From positions 53,694,001 through 53,758,000 of the forward strand of contig NC_087436.1 of NCBI RefSeq assembly GCF_036321535.1: a DNA stretch of 64,000 nucleotides, given 5' to 3'. The translations under genes and the position numbers were made by a program. Of the stretch, positions 25,142 through 37,441 are shown one piece after another. The number at the start of each line of letters is the position of its first letter. The stretch's first letter is position 1. Source of the stretch: Camelus dromedarius (taxonomy: Eukaryota). Under the pieces are notes generated by a model, which saw nothing but the letters and a program-made list of their open reading frames with translations, searched no databases and had not been told where the DNA came from.

Positions 25142-26626
25142 ACAATGGAAACTCTCAAAGACAAGATGAATTTTTAAGACCTAAAGGATGACTTTGTAAT
25201 ACAGGAATTTCAGGCTGAACAGGATGCATGAGAGTTCCACCCCCGACACACACACGCCGTCCCTTAGAGGACCCCATAATTATGCCACTTGAGACACTTC
25301 TTCTGCCCACCCAGAGGTCAAAACTCCCTGGCCACCCACTCAGTGGGCACCGTCCTGCAGGAAGAAGTTTTCCATAAGCAAAGAGCCTCTTGTTCCAGAG
25401 GTCACTGGCTGACTAGCATGTTTGCCACCCCCCGGGGTAGTGGATCTGCCCATGCCTTCCCTAGCACATCAGTTGACACGTATCTGTTGAAGAACATCTT
25501 ACAAGAAAAGAAATAACACTACATTAAATCAGTGGTGAGATGCATCCCAATTTCAGAAAATTAAAAGGTGGAAGATGAGTCACTGAAATCAGGGTTGCAA
25601 ATAGCTTTCTTTGCTGGATTCCCTGCTGTGCTGTCAGAGACCAGGGACCATTTCCTGTGGCATCTTTTCTGTGGACCCAATCATAGATCTGAGCCTGTGT
25701 CAGGAGCTCACAGCCTCTCACTAAGTTTCTGAGGTTTGTGTGGGAGCGGAGTTTACTTGCTGCTAGGATGCTGCAAATTAGCTACGCCATCCAATTAAGG
25801 GAAACTGCTCACAATGGCCCTTTGTGACATGTTCATCCCACTCCTTGTGAAGAAATTGGCCCTGCATTACTATGATGACACTTTTTTTTTTTAAACCACA
25901 TCTTGTACAAAGAACAGGTATTCCCAGGGCTCCTTTTGAATAGACAGGAGTGGTATTTCCACTCCTGCAGTCAGTCAGTCAAACACTCTGGCCTGGGGAG
26001 CATAGTCAGCTGGTGTTTTTTACCTTCTCCCCATCACTCTGTTTACCTCCACCAAGTAGCCTGCAGGACAGGTGATTGATTCATATTAGTCAGTGAGGGA
26101 AAGGAAAAGAAACAGGAGGGACAGCTTGAATAGATGTCGCTGATGTTGAAGAATATTTCCCTCCCTAATCCTGAAAGTATTTCATTATGGAAATCTTAGC
26201 GTGCCCTCGTTCTGGTCAGATCTCCTGTGATTGAAGGAATTCCTCTGGCGATCCAGAGGTGCTGTGCTGTTGTAAAGGGGCTTGGTAGGGTGATAGCTCC
26301 TTGAACTTCAAATCTCTCCTGCGCCCTGTTTTCATTTTTCTAAAATAGAGATCTGAGCATGACACTCCCCAGCTCAGAAAACCAAGTGGCACCCCAACCT
26401 GTTCCCACTCCGTCTTTCTCTTCATATCTCATTTCATTTATATATGAATATCCAGGAATATGTCTTTTTCTTTTTAGTTTCCTTTGTCTTTGCTGTGTCT
26501 TGAATGCCCTTCCTTACTTGGTAAACCCCTACTCTTCCTTCAAGACCCAAATCAAATGTCAGAATTCACTTTCATCCTCTGTTCCCCTTCCTTTGTGTTT
26601 CCATAATTATTGCTATCATTGCTCTT

Positions 26627-26808
26627 TTAAAAAAATTTAATTGAAGTATAGTTGATTTACAATGTTAGTTTCAGGTATACAGCAAAGTGATTCAGTTATA
26701 CATATACATATATTTTTCAGATTCTTTTCCAATATATGTTATTACAAGAAATTGAATATAGTTCCCTGTACTATATGGTAGGACCTTGTTGTTTATCTAT
26801 TTTATAAA
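26627..26808 (-). mobile_element. short L1 3'-end insertion
   Basis: ttgaagtatagttgatttacaatgttagtttcagg; TSD ctatca(t/c)tgctctt at 26613-26626 and 26809-26822. Confidence 0.9.
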
Positions 26809-27967
26809 CTATCACTGCTCTTAAATCGTCCCACTGCTTCTGCAGCCACCTGACAAGTCTCCTTGCCTTTTCCTGCCGCCCTCTAATTCATTTTCCACAC
26901 TACATTGTTTCTAAAGCACTAATCTAATCACGCACTCTCCTGCTAATATCCTTCACTGTCTACACTGTCACACAACAGGTTCATCAGAGTATTGTCTCTT
27001 CATGTTAGGTGCTCTGCTCTGCTGAGATATCTGCAGTTTTGAGGATGGTGTGCTCTTCCTCACCTCCCACATTTGTGCAAATCACGTTGCCGAAGCCAGG
27101 AATGAATGCTCTCCTTTGCCACCCCTTCAGCTTCAGATCTCAGTTGTCTGATTTGATTCCTCTAGGTCTTGGTGGATGTTCTCTGGTATGTTTTTAGAGC
27201 TTCTTAACTTTTTCCAATGTAGTGCTTAAACCTCTGAGGTTTCACAGATTCTCTGAAGTTTCTTAAGGACAAGGGCTGCTTTTTGTACAGTGTTGTAACT
27301 CTGGCACACAGATAGGATTCAAATGTTTGTAAAATATGATACCTGAGTTGATTCTTGGGGGATAAGCTGTAGGGCTTGAAGACAGCCATCCTCTCAGCTC
27401 TTTGCAATCTTGGTTAAGCCTTGGTTAAAGCTTAGACCTGTAAGCCTTAATTTTGCCTTAACCATCATTTTTAAAAGTTTCTAAAACTTTTGTCATTTGT
27501 GGATTATTTACGTTGAGTATGAATCACAAAAATCACCAACAAATATAAACGTTTCCAAAAGATTCATCATAATTTAAAAAGTGAAACTTAAGCATAATAT
27601 GTTAATGTATCACTGTTAGCGCTATTTAATGGTTTCATATCGGAAAGAAGGATGATACTTGTTTACTACCTTTCACTAAGGGATCTGCAGATGCTTTGAA
27701 CCATTGGCCAGATTTCATATCCAATTTATATTTTTCTTTGTTCTATTAAATTGTTACATTGTCGCAATGAAAGCTTTGAGAGAGAGTCAGCAAGCGTGTG
27801 GTGGATCTTTCCAGTGCTTATGGGGAGATTCTGCGAGGCTTCTCACCAAAGCACTTTCTCCACTCCATTGGCGGTAAACTGGAAGCTCGGGGCTGGATGT
27901 GTCACCTTGGGAGACAGAGATGGATGGATTATTAAATCCATCTGAATGAGTTCAGCTTCCAAAAGTA

Positions 27968-28042
27968 TTTCTTCTTCTTCTCCCTTCTTCCTCTTCTCCT
28001 TCTCCTCCTCCTTCTCCTCCTTCTCCTCCTCCTTCTTTTTTT
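27968..28042. repeat. (TTC/TCC)n polypyrimidine simple repeat
   Basis: Read directly; gives the spurious K/E-rich ORF 27843-28073. Confidence 0.9.
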
Positions 28043-28326
28043 TAAAGCATTTTCTTAAAGTTTTAAAATACACTCATTATGTAGAATCAGTTTATTTTTC
28101 CAGTGAGTGAAGAAAATCAACCAGGATTGGAAAAAATTGAAACACTGAGCAAACCATTTATGTCATAATTTAGGCTTTTAAAGGAATCTCAATAGCTTAT
28201 TCTCAACATTAACATTATATTTCATCCCTGAAGTGATAATTTTATGCTAGCTATTTAATATATTGATAATATTATACATGTAATATTCAAACAAGTCACT
28301 TGAAATCATAGGGATAGTTTTTAATA

Positions 28327-28449
28327 AGATAACATATGTCCCTGGGACAGTTTCAGTTTATGTCTATTATCCCAATAAAACCATTAAAAGTGCATCCTTT
28401 CATTCTCAAAAGTGTCCTTGATCAGACAATAAATTAGATGGTCTCCCTA
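28327..28449 (-). mobile_element. MER94-like hAT-Blackjack MITE
   Basis: ctgggacagt...tttcattctcaaaagtgtcc...aaattagatggtctccct. Confidence 0.7.
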
Positions 28450-29022
28450 GTCCTTCCTGGCATTAATAGTGCTATGAATGTAGAAATGTTTCTATATACG
28501 GTCTCATGTGAGTACTTTTGAATAAAATTAAATTTCTATGTATGGTCTCGCACTCACATTTTTTCCTATGACAGTGTGGAAAAGTGGACTTTTTAAAGTT
28601 GCTGCCTACTTTTTTTCCCTCCACACAGCATGCTAGACAGTTTTACCATTAGTGGATATAATTTGATTATATCTTTACTTGCCGTTATTTCCTTCAACTC
28701 AAAATCAAGATCAAGAGTCATTCAGCATTAAGTGCCAATGAATGAGTGGAACAGTGTGGGGTCAGGTAATCCGGAGCAAATTCTGTTTGTCCTTTCCTGA
28801 ATGTTCCCACTTGTCAACACTGACCCAAAGGTACTTTCCCAGTCCATATCCCTTTTCACATAGGAGTTTGCAAGTAATGAAAAATCTCTTCTCTGTAGTA
28901 GCATGGGTTTCAGTAATAAGTGGAACAAATACCATTACGCACTTCTCCCTCATAGATGGACAGCCCATGTGCCAAGTGTGGAGTCATACTCAACATATCA
29001 GAGGTTCCATCCAACTGAGAAG

Positions 29023-29023
<1 letters not shown>

Positions 29024-29057
<34 letters not shown>
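29024..29057. repeat. (AC)17 microsatellite
   Basis: Read directly. Confidence 0.96.
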
Positions 29058-29059
<2 letters not shown>

Positions 29060-29686
29060 ATGAACCTGTTACAGTGCTTCCACATATGTCATTGTCGTTA
29101 TGTGACATCCAATGGTTCCGTTTGATAAAGGAGTTTTATCTAGTAACTCATTCTGTTTCCTCTCAAGCACTATATTTTTATCTACAGAAGTTTTATAAAC
29201 TTAAAAATAGTATGACTTGTGTCTAATTTTGTAATGAGGAATAAAACTATGAATCACATTTTAGTAATACTGGTGTATGCTTGTTGTGATAGAATGTATC
29301 AGTTGTCTCTTGAAATGCATTATATAGGGCTTGTACTGGAAAACTTCCTTAGTTTACTATAGAGGTCACTCTTCTTTATTTAAAAATTTTGAGGAAGTTC
29401 TGCTGACTTCGATACATCTGTTCGACAAAATTTCAAAACAGTGTATCAAGGAATAGGGATAAATGGATTATAAAGCCAGTACATTTCAGTTTAATGTTTC
29501 ATCACAATGTACTTCCATTTTGCATTTTATTTTTAGGCTGCATGTGGGAAATTATCTCATTCGTAGATCACCTTAAACCAGAGCATGTAAGTTCACATTC
29601 TATATTTACATTGAGTTTCTGATTACTATTTACAATTATAACATTTTTATGAGTTCTTATATTTATGATACATTTTATCATTATTT

Positions 29687-31242
29687 TATTTTTATTTTAG
29701 TTTTTATTGAAGGATAGTTGATGTTTAATATTTTATAAGTTACAGGCATATAGTATAGTAATTCACAATTTTTAAAGATTATACTCTATTTACAGTTATT
29801 ATAAAATATTGGCTATATTCCCCATGTTGTACAATATATCCTTGTAGCTTATTTTATACATAAGAGTTTGTACCTTCTTAATCCCCTACTCCTATGTTGT
29901 TTCTTTTCCTTCCCTCTCCCCACTGGTAACCACTAGTTTCTTTCTTATATCTGTGAGTCTACTTCTTTTTTGTTATATTCACTAGTTTGTTGGGTTTTTT
30001 AAGATTCCACATATAAGTGATATGATATAGTATTTGTTTTTGTCTGTTCTACTTAGCAAAATACTCTCAAAGTCCATCAACTTTGTTGCAAATGGCAAAA
30101 TTTCATTCTTTTTTATGGCTAGATAGTATTCCATTATATATATATATCTCACATCTTCTCTATCCATTCATCTGTTGATGAACACTTAGGTTACTTCCAT
30201 ATCTTGGCAATTGTAAATAATGCTGCTGTGAACACTGGGAGGCATGCATCTTTTCAAATTAGTCTTTTTGCTTTTTCAGATATATACCCAGGAGTGGAAT
30301 TGCTGGGTCATATGATAGCTCTATTTTTAGTTTTTTGAGAAACCTCCATACTGTTTTCCACAGTGGCTACACCAATTTACTTTCCCATCAACAGTGTATG
30401 AGGGCTTCCTTCTCTCCACATCCTCACCAACGTTTGTTATTTGTGTTCTTTTTGATGATAGCCATTCTGACAGCTGTGAGATGGTATCTCATTGTGGTTT
30501 TGATTTGTATTTCCCTGATGATTAACGATGTTGAGCATCTTTTCACATGCCTGTTGTCTATCTTCATGTCCTCTTTGGAAAAATGTCCGTTCAGGTCCCC
30601 ATTTTTTAATTGGCTTTTGTTTTTTGATGTTGAACTGTATGAGCTGTATATGTATTTTGGAAATTAACCCCTTATTGGTCATATCATTTGCAAATCTTTT
30701 CTCCCATTCAGTATGTTGTCTTTTTGTTTTGTTGATGGTTTCCTTTGCTGTGCAAAGCTTTTAGGTTTAATTAGATCCCATTTGTTTATTTTTGTTTTTA
30801 TTTCCTTTGCTTTAGGAGACAGATGGAAAAAGATATTGCTATTATTTTTATGTCAAAGAGTGTTATCCCTATGTTTTCTTCTAAGAGTTTTATGGTTTCC
30901 AGCCTTACATTTAGATCTTTAATCCATTTTGAGTTTATTTTGTGGTGTTAGAAAATGTCTAATTTCATTCTTTTACATGTAGCTTTCCAGTTTTCCCAGC
31001 ACCATTTATTGAAGAGGCTTTTCTCCATTGTATGTTCTTGCCTCCTTTGTGGTAGAGTCATTGACCATAAGTGCATGAGCTTATTCTGGGCTCTCTATTC
31101 TGTTCCATTGATCTATGTATCTATTTTTGTGCCAGTATCATACTGTTTTGATGACTGTAGCTTTGTAGTAAGTCTGAAGTCAGGGAGCATGATTCCTCCA
31201 GCTCTGTTCTCCTTTCTCAAGATTGTTTTGGCTATTCGGGGT
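29687..31242 (-). mobile_element. 5'-truncated L1 (ORF2 C-terminus and 3'UTR)
   Basis: ORF2-like peptides (KGLISKI..., MEYYLAIKKNEILPFAT); perfect 16-bp TSD cattttatcattattt at 29671-29686 and 31243-31258. Confidence 0.95.
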
Positions 31243-32269
31243 CATTTTATCATTATTTAAATTTTAGAAATCCTAGAATTTTAGTCTGTGGTCCATTTTT
31301 ATCAATTAGAGAAATAATAAAATGAGTCATAATGTTAGATTTGAGCTGACTCCTCTGATAAAGCATAATGCAAGTTTTAATAATGAGTTGGTTGTTGAGA
31401 CTATAATAGCTTTTCTGTGAAAATCACAATTAATCTTTTATTTCAAATTTGTGAAATGTACATTGAACCAAAATCTCTTTGCTTGTCCCTGTGAACCTGC
31501 CAGGGGACTAGCCATGTTCTGAAAGCACAGTTTTAGAACAATGCCTCAAAGTTAGGTCCACCAGTTGCCTCCACATTGACTTCTGTTGGCCAGAAAGGCA
31601 TAAAAACTACATGACTGTTATTTTCCTGTAAAGTAGTACTTTAGCACAGAGAAAGTCATGTTCTCAAATATGGATATTTGAGAAATCAGGAAAGAAAATC
31701 ATCTGAGTTTGTTTGGTTACACCAGTGTTGTTTCACAATTCTTGCAGCCTGGAAGTTCTTTCTACAGTGCAAGAACACAGAACATTCTACCAGACAATGA
31801 TGTTAGTCACCAATAGCAACCAAGGGACATATGAACTACAGAACTCTATGAGATGTAACTACAAAATAATGACACTAGTATTGCAAAGCCATACATGAAA
31901 ACTAATCTTGTTACATTAATTATTCACTTATTCATTCATGTATTGATCCTTCAATGAACATTTACTGAATGCCTATTTTTCTTGACTCAAAACACTGTAA
32001 TCTCTGCCTTTACTCTCTTTACCTCACACTATTTACATCATCAATTAAGTTTTTGAACCAGGTTTTGAGTCTCAGCTGTTAATCTTTTTTAAAATTGAGG
32101 TATAACTTACATATAGTGTATATACAGATTTTAAATGCACTTTTGAGTAGTTTTGGCAAGTTAATACCAAGAAGCAGAATAGGTCTAGAAATTAAGTTTT
32201 AGATGACAATTTTTTTTTTGTATGTAAAAGCCTTTTTTGAATCACTTAACATCTACCTGGTCATATATT

Positions 32270-32411
32270 TAGGTCTCTTAAATAGCACATTAGACATGAC
32301 TGAAGAGAGAGTTACTGAAGTAGAAGACAGATGTGAAAAAATTACCCAGAGTGCAGCATATACACACACAAAGCAATGGACAATGTAAAAGGGAGATTAA
32401 GAGATACTGAG
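32270..32411 (+). mobile_element. old L1 ORF1 fragment
   Basis: LNSTLDMTEERVTEVEDRCEKITQ resembles the L1 ORF1 coiled coil. Confidence 0.7.
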
Positions 32412-32506
32412 GCTAGGCTATCTTTGGATAAGCCTACCTTCAGCTCTTGAAGGTGTGCCTTTGCGTGGCTAATAAAGTCTTTAACTGCTCTGGAGAAAAA
32501 AAAAAA

Positions 32507-33410
32507 GAAATACAAAGAACTCTTAAAAATCAATAATAAAAAGAGAACTCACTCTAAAAATGGACAAAGCAGAGACATTTCTCCAGTGGAGGTATACAAA
32601 GTGGCCCATAAGCCACATGATAACATGCTCAACATCATTTGTCATTAGGGAAATGCTAGTTAAAGTCACAGCCAGGTATGACTTCCCCCACACCAGGATG
32701 GCTGTAATAAGAAGGATGGAAATAACAAGTATTGGGGAGGATGTGGAGACATTGGAACCCCGATGCATTGCTGGTGGGAGTAAAAATGGTGTAGCCACTG
32801 TGAAAAAAAGTTTGACAGTTTCTCCAAAAGTTCAATATAAAGTTACCTCATAGCCCATCATATATACTCCTAGGTATACACTCAAGAAAAATAAAAATAT
32901 GTTAAGTCTTTACAAAAACTTATATATGAATGTTTATAGCAGCAGGCTATTCATAACAGCTCCAGAGTGGAAACAACCCAAATGTCCATCAATGATGAAT
33001 CAATAAACAAAATGTAGTGTTTCTATAGAGTAGAATATTATTTGGCCATAGAAACACATGAAGTGCTTATATATGCTACAGCATAGATAAATCTCAAAAA
33101 CATGCTAAGTAAAAGAAGCCAGTCACAAAAGATTACATTTTGTATGATTCCATCTATATGAAATGTCCAGAATAAGCAAAACTGTTAAAAAAATAGATTA
33201 GTATTTGCCTAGGGTAGTGCTGGAGGTGGAAAGTGATGAGGAATAGGGAGTGACTGCCACTGAGTACATGATTTCTTTGGGAGATGATACAGATAGTCTA
33301 AAATTAGACTGTGGTGATAGATGTCCAACTCTGTGACTATACTCAAATTCACTGAATTATAAACTTCAAATGAGTGACTTTTACATAACTCAGTAAAACT
33401 GCTTTAAAAA
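32507..33410 (+). mobile_element. old L1 (L1MB/MC-type) ORF2 end and 3'UTR
   Basis: ORF 32560-32853 (CSTSFVIREM...IGEDVETLEP) is L1 ORF2 C-terminus; followed by a typical 3'UTR. Confidence 0.88.
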
Positions 33411-33875
33411 TATGATATTCAGAACATTCAAAAGAGGATCTTAACCTTACCCAAAACTCTCTTAGTGATCTAGCTTGGTGTGGTCCAGAGAATAAGAAGA
33501 GTCAGTGGGAGAGAAACCTGCCACACTTGATTGTAACAGTTACATGCTGACAGGGGAATTTTTAAAAAGTCACATCAGAGTACTCCGCTTCAGTGGTCTC
33601 ATAGGTAATAAAAACCAAGATGTAATTTCATTTTTACAACCTAGATTTGAGCATTCTTGCTTTGTTGGGTCTGATTAGAAACAGAAAGTCATTCTAAAAG
33701 ATAATCAATTCTGTTCTTCAGTGGTTTCTCACTTATTTGTATATTATTACCCTATCAAGGGCAAAGAGCCCAAATGTGCAGCAAGGGAAGAGGAGAGAGG
33801 ACTTTGCAAAACAAACAACTCCCCCAGACATGCACATTCACATGCTTTTATCAAAAAATAGATAGATAGACAGAC

Positions 33876-33932
<57 letters not shown>
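33876..33932. repeat. (TG)n microsatellite
   Basis: Read directly, with one TATA interruption. Confidence 0.95.
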
Positions 33933-33935
<3 letters not shown>

Positions 33936-34062
33936 AATAGCAACTTCCTTGTTTATAATTTGATAATAGATTAGTCTGGGTTGAAATTTTAGAATTATGT
34001 TTGGGAATAGTGAGCCTGGAATGCTAACCACTTAGAAGATGATCCTAAATCTACATAGATGC

Positions 34063-34098
<36 letters not shown>
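34063..34098. repeat. compound (AT)n(AC)n microsatellite
   Basis: Read directly. Confidence 0.9.
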
Positions 34099-34599
34099 GT
34101 ATTTTATATATATACATTCTAAACTTAAATGTGTATGTTGAAAATTCAAGGTATCTGATAATGATAGGGCCCTGCACTTACTGAGCAACTACTAACAGCT
34201 TTTGTTGCTCACATATACTAACTTAACCCTCACAGCAATCATGTGAGACAGGTTATATTATTATGCTCAATGGCAACACATCTAACGTTTAACAAGCTCA
34301 GAATGGATCTCCTGCCTGCCCCCACCACTAACCTTCCTCATGGAAATTTTATCCTTGTTGCTACACCAAAAACCTGAAAGTCACCTTTAATATTCTCTCT
34401 CTCTTCCTCCCAACACGTGTGGTTGTGCAGGTTGCACACTTCACAAGGTAAGGCATTGCCATTCACACTGTAGGCATCACAGTTTGTGCATTAAGTACAA
34501 TAATTTCCCAGCAGCTGCCAATTCTAATAAAATAACAATTTTCTGCGAGATGGAAGGAAAGCAGGCCATGAGGCTTCCTTTCACCATCTACGCTGAATT

Positions 34600-35130
34600 A
34601 TTACTGTGGCCTCCTCACTTCCACCCTGGTCCTCATTCAGCTGTTCTCAGCACATCCTCAGCACGAACCTGTAAGGTCAAGTCACGCCTTCATGTAAAAC
34701 CCTCCAATGAGCCTTCGCTCAGAGAAAAGTCCAAGACCGTACAGCAGGTCTCCGAGATCGTCCGGACACTGCTCTGACTTCGTGCTGTGCCCTCAGCTCC
34801 CACGCTGGCCCTTGTTCTTGCTCCCCTCTGCTCACTCCTTTCCACTTTCAGGTCTTCACACAAACCTCCCCTTCTCGCCATGCCTGTGCCTGGCCACCCT
34901 ACTTCAACTGCAGTCCTGTCCGCTCCCCATTTGCGTCCTGCCTTCTCTCTCAGTCATGGCACTTGTCACTGTCAAATTTTTTGAGCTATTTTATTTGTTC
35001 TGCTAGATTTTATTTCGACATTGTAAACCCCATGGGGGTGGGGATTTTTGTTTTATTCACTGTGGATCTCAGGTACCCAGAATGATTCTTGGCACAGAGA
35101 AATCCATCCATCTTGTAAAATGAATACATC
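34600..35130 (+). mobile_element. L2 fragment
   Basis: Degenerate L2 ending attgtaaaccccatggggg...tgttttattcactg...ggcacaga. Confidence 0.55.
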
Positions 35131-35699
35131 TTTGTTTTACAGATTAGGAAAATTAGACTCAAATCATTAAGATACCTTTTAAAGACCAACAGTCAAGAAT
35201 GGATCCTGTGGGTCCATCCGGTGGTGGAAACAGGGTACAAACTCAGGCACAGTTGAACTCTAAACCCTGTGCTCTCTGACCTCTGTGCTCTACTGCTGTA
35301 CATCCAACAAGACGCCTCTTTAATGCTGATAATGATGATGATGATGATGTTGGTGGTGGTGATGACATGGTAACCATAGCTAGTGTGCCTACTTGTGCCG
35401 TGCGCTGTGCTTCACATGTATCATCTCATGTAACATCTAATTTAATATCCAGGAAACATCTCACCTAATTCAGGTCAGAGTCCTTAAACTTTTGGCAAAT
35501 GAACCATCATGTCATTGAAGTACAACTAAAGGTGAACAAGACCTTATTCCCAAACCCTAAAGATCAGCACACACGCCCCTTCTCCCTGTGGGGAAGGCAG
35601 GAAACTAACAACTTCAAACTGCACATGAGCAAGTTGGAAGTTGTATCACTATGAGACAGACCCAGTGTAATCATCCTATTTTGGTTGGGTTTTTATGCT

Positions 35700-36270
35700 C
35701 AGTTTATTATTCATTTATTCACTCATGCATTTATTTATCCACTCATTCAATAAACATTTATTGAACAATTGCGGTGCGATGTACTATGCCGAGTTCAAAG
35801 GCTACAAAGATAAAGACTTATCCTCTGCCCTCGAGGGATTCTCAGCCTATCAAGAGAGACAAATAGGAGAGCAAGTAATTCTGCTGAAGGAGTAAGTGTG
35901 ATGTCAGAGGATCAGCGCAGAATGCCGTGGGAGCCCAGAGCAAGAAATGCCTACCTAACCCTGTCTGGGGAGACATGGAGTATTTCTCAGAGAAGGTGAC
36001 CCCAGAGGAGTTTGTCAGGCAGGATGGGGGAGAAGGACCTTGGAGCCGAGGAAGGGGTTTGCGAAGGCATGGGGGGACTGACTCATGCGGGCATTCAGGG
36101 CACTGTGTACAGCTCAGTATAACTGGAGCCTGGAAGCCATGTGGGGCTGGGGTGGGAGAAGGGGAAACAGGAGCCAGAGCGACTTTAAATACAGTCATGA
36201 TTAGATGAGATTTTCATGTTGTAAAAATCCCTCGGGAGTCTGGATGAAAACTAAATTAAGGGGGCAAGGC
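35700..36270 (-). mobile_element. L2 fragment
   Basis: (ttca)n-like tail plus ttcaataaacatttattga, then ctgccctcgaggga..ctcagcct. Confidence 0.65.
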
Positions 36271-36899
36271 CAGTCAGAAAAAGGCAGCAGATGCTTGACA
36301 CTTTGAAGCTGCTGCTTTGATACAGGTGTTTTGATTTGGGGATATTTTGAGGTGGCGTAAAAGTAATTACATTTTCAGCTCTTAAAAATTACCAAGTGAC
36401 GTGCAGAACAGCAGTATCACCTCATTGCAGAACCTTGCCCCACACCAACTCCTGAATCTGTGGAGGCTGGGGATGGGGTAAGAAAGAGGGTGAGAATTAG
36501 ACAGCATCTGGCAAATAAGCCACATACAACCTGCTTCCTGCAGGTTCTTATCTCAAAAAGAGCCATTAACATGCAGTGAAAAGCCTGCTCCTTCTCTGAG
36601 AGTTCCCTTGTGTTTTGCAAGAGCTGCACCTCAAATCCCCTGGTTACACCCTTGTGGTTATAATTTTACCAATGATTTTCTTTTCGTTAATAAGTATTAT
36701 TAAGTGCTTTAACTAATATGTGTTCTATTTTCCATCAGAGAAATCTCAAGAATGGAAACCTCCACTTTTGCAGGCTTCCATATAATGTTCAGTTTCTTTG
36801 GGGGGGGGGGTTCATGTCATACCCTGGAAGGGGAGTTGGAGAGAGGGCATATTAATTTGAAGTATTTTCATTGTAATTTTTTTTTTAGAGTCATGTCTC

Positions 36900-37200
36900 A
36901 TTGAACTGAGGAGTCTGGAATGCAGCTGACTTGAGGCACAGCTGGATTCAGGAGCTCACTGTGGTGGTCCCACTTTGAGACAGGCTTTCTCCACATGGCA
37001 GGCTAAGGAGTCACTGAGATCCCAATGCTCATATCCAACCAACTGAGCAAACCCAAATAAAAGAGAATTTTTCCAAAAAAGTCTGTTCCAGGAAGGACTC
37101 TGATGGGCTAGCTTGGGTCATATGCTTATCCCGAAACTGCAGTCCCAGATGTGAGCTGTTCTAACTGGCCACACTGGAGGCGTGTGTCTGTCTATGGAGG
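36900..37200 (-). mobile_element. old MaLR LTR (MLT1J/K/L-like)
   Basis: aggcacagctggattcagg...aggaaggactctgat.ggc..gcttgggtcat motifs. Confidence 0.6.
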
Positions 37201-37329
37201 TTGAGGCTTGAGGGAGTAGCAGGTGGTGTTCAGCCCTATTGGAATCCCATATTATGGGTACTTTCCAAGCAAAGGAATCCTTCTACAAGAAAAAAGGAGG
37301 AAGTTATATGAGATGTCCATTCTAAGTAT

Positions 37330-37441
37330 AGCGATGTAACGTTTATTGCCCAAGCTGGATAAATAATGACTATTCCAGGACACCCCAGGCATGGACTGGA
37401 ACTAGAACGCTCCTTGGTCACTTAGGAAGTATGGTCACCCT
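37330..37441 (+). mobile_element. MER94-like hAT-Blackjack MITE
   Basis: Ends gtatggtcaccct and resembles the reverse complement of the 28327 copy. Confidence 0.45.

Larger units (their letters stand above)
28045..31543 (-). mobile_element. ancient hAT-Charlie transposon fossil with degraded transposase, split by MER94, (AC)n and an L1
   Basis: Minus-strand fragments match Charlie/Buster transposase landmarks in order: N-terminal ...LSN... zinc-finger region (~29300-29520), DW..G region (~28800-28870), LC...GS...FHT (~28570-28640), LSLQG...FP.L.DFL (~28110-28250). TIR-like agttttagaacaatg ends at 31543. Confidence 0.72.

Noticed and set aside
27843..28073. K/E-rich ORF
   Set aside because: Translation of a polypurine simple repeat.
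29537..29586. Apparent + strand exon (ttttag|GCTGCATGTGGGAA...GAGCAT|gtaagt; CMWEIISFVDHLKPEH)
   Set aside because: It lies in the antisense of the Charlie transposase fossil, has no partner exons and matches no protein I recognise. Exonisation cannot be excluded without RNA data.
30335..31260. Cluster of 70-110 aa ORFs (similar clusters at 44397-45129 and 50574-51600)
   Set aside because: Sense and antisense translations of truncated, frameshifted L1 ORF2; none could encode an active element.
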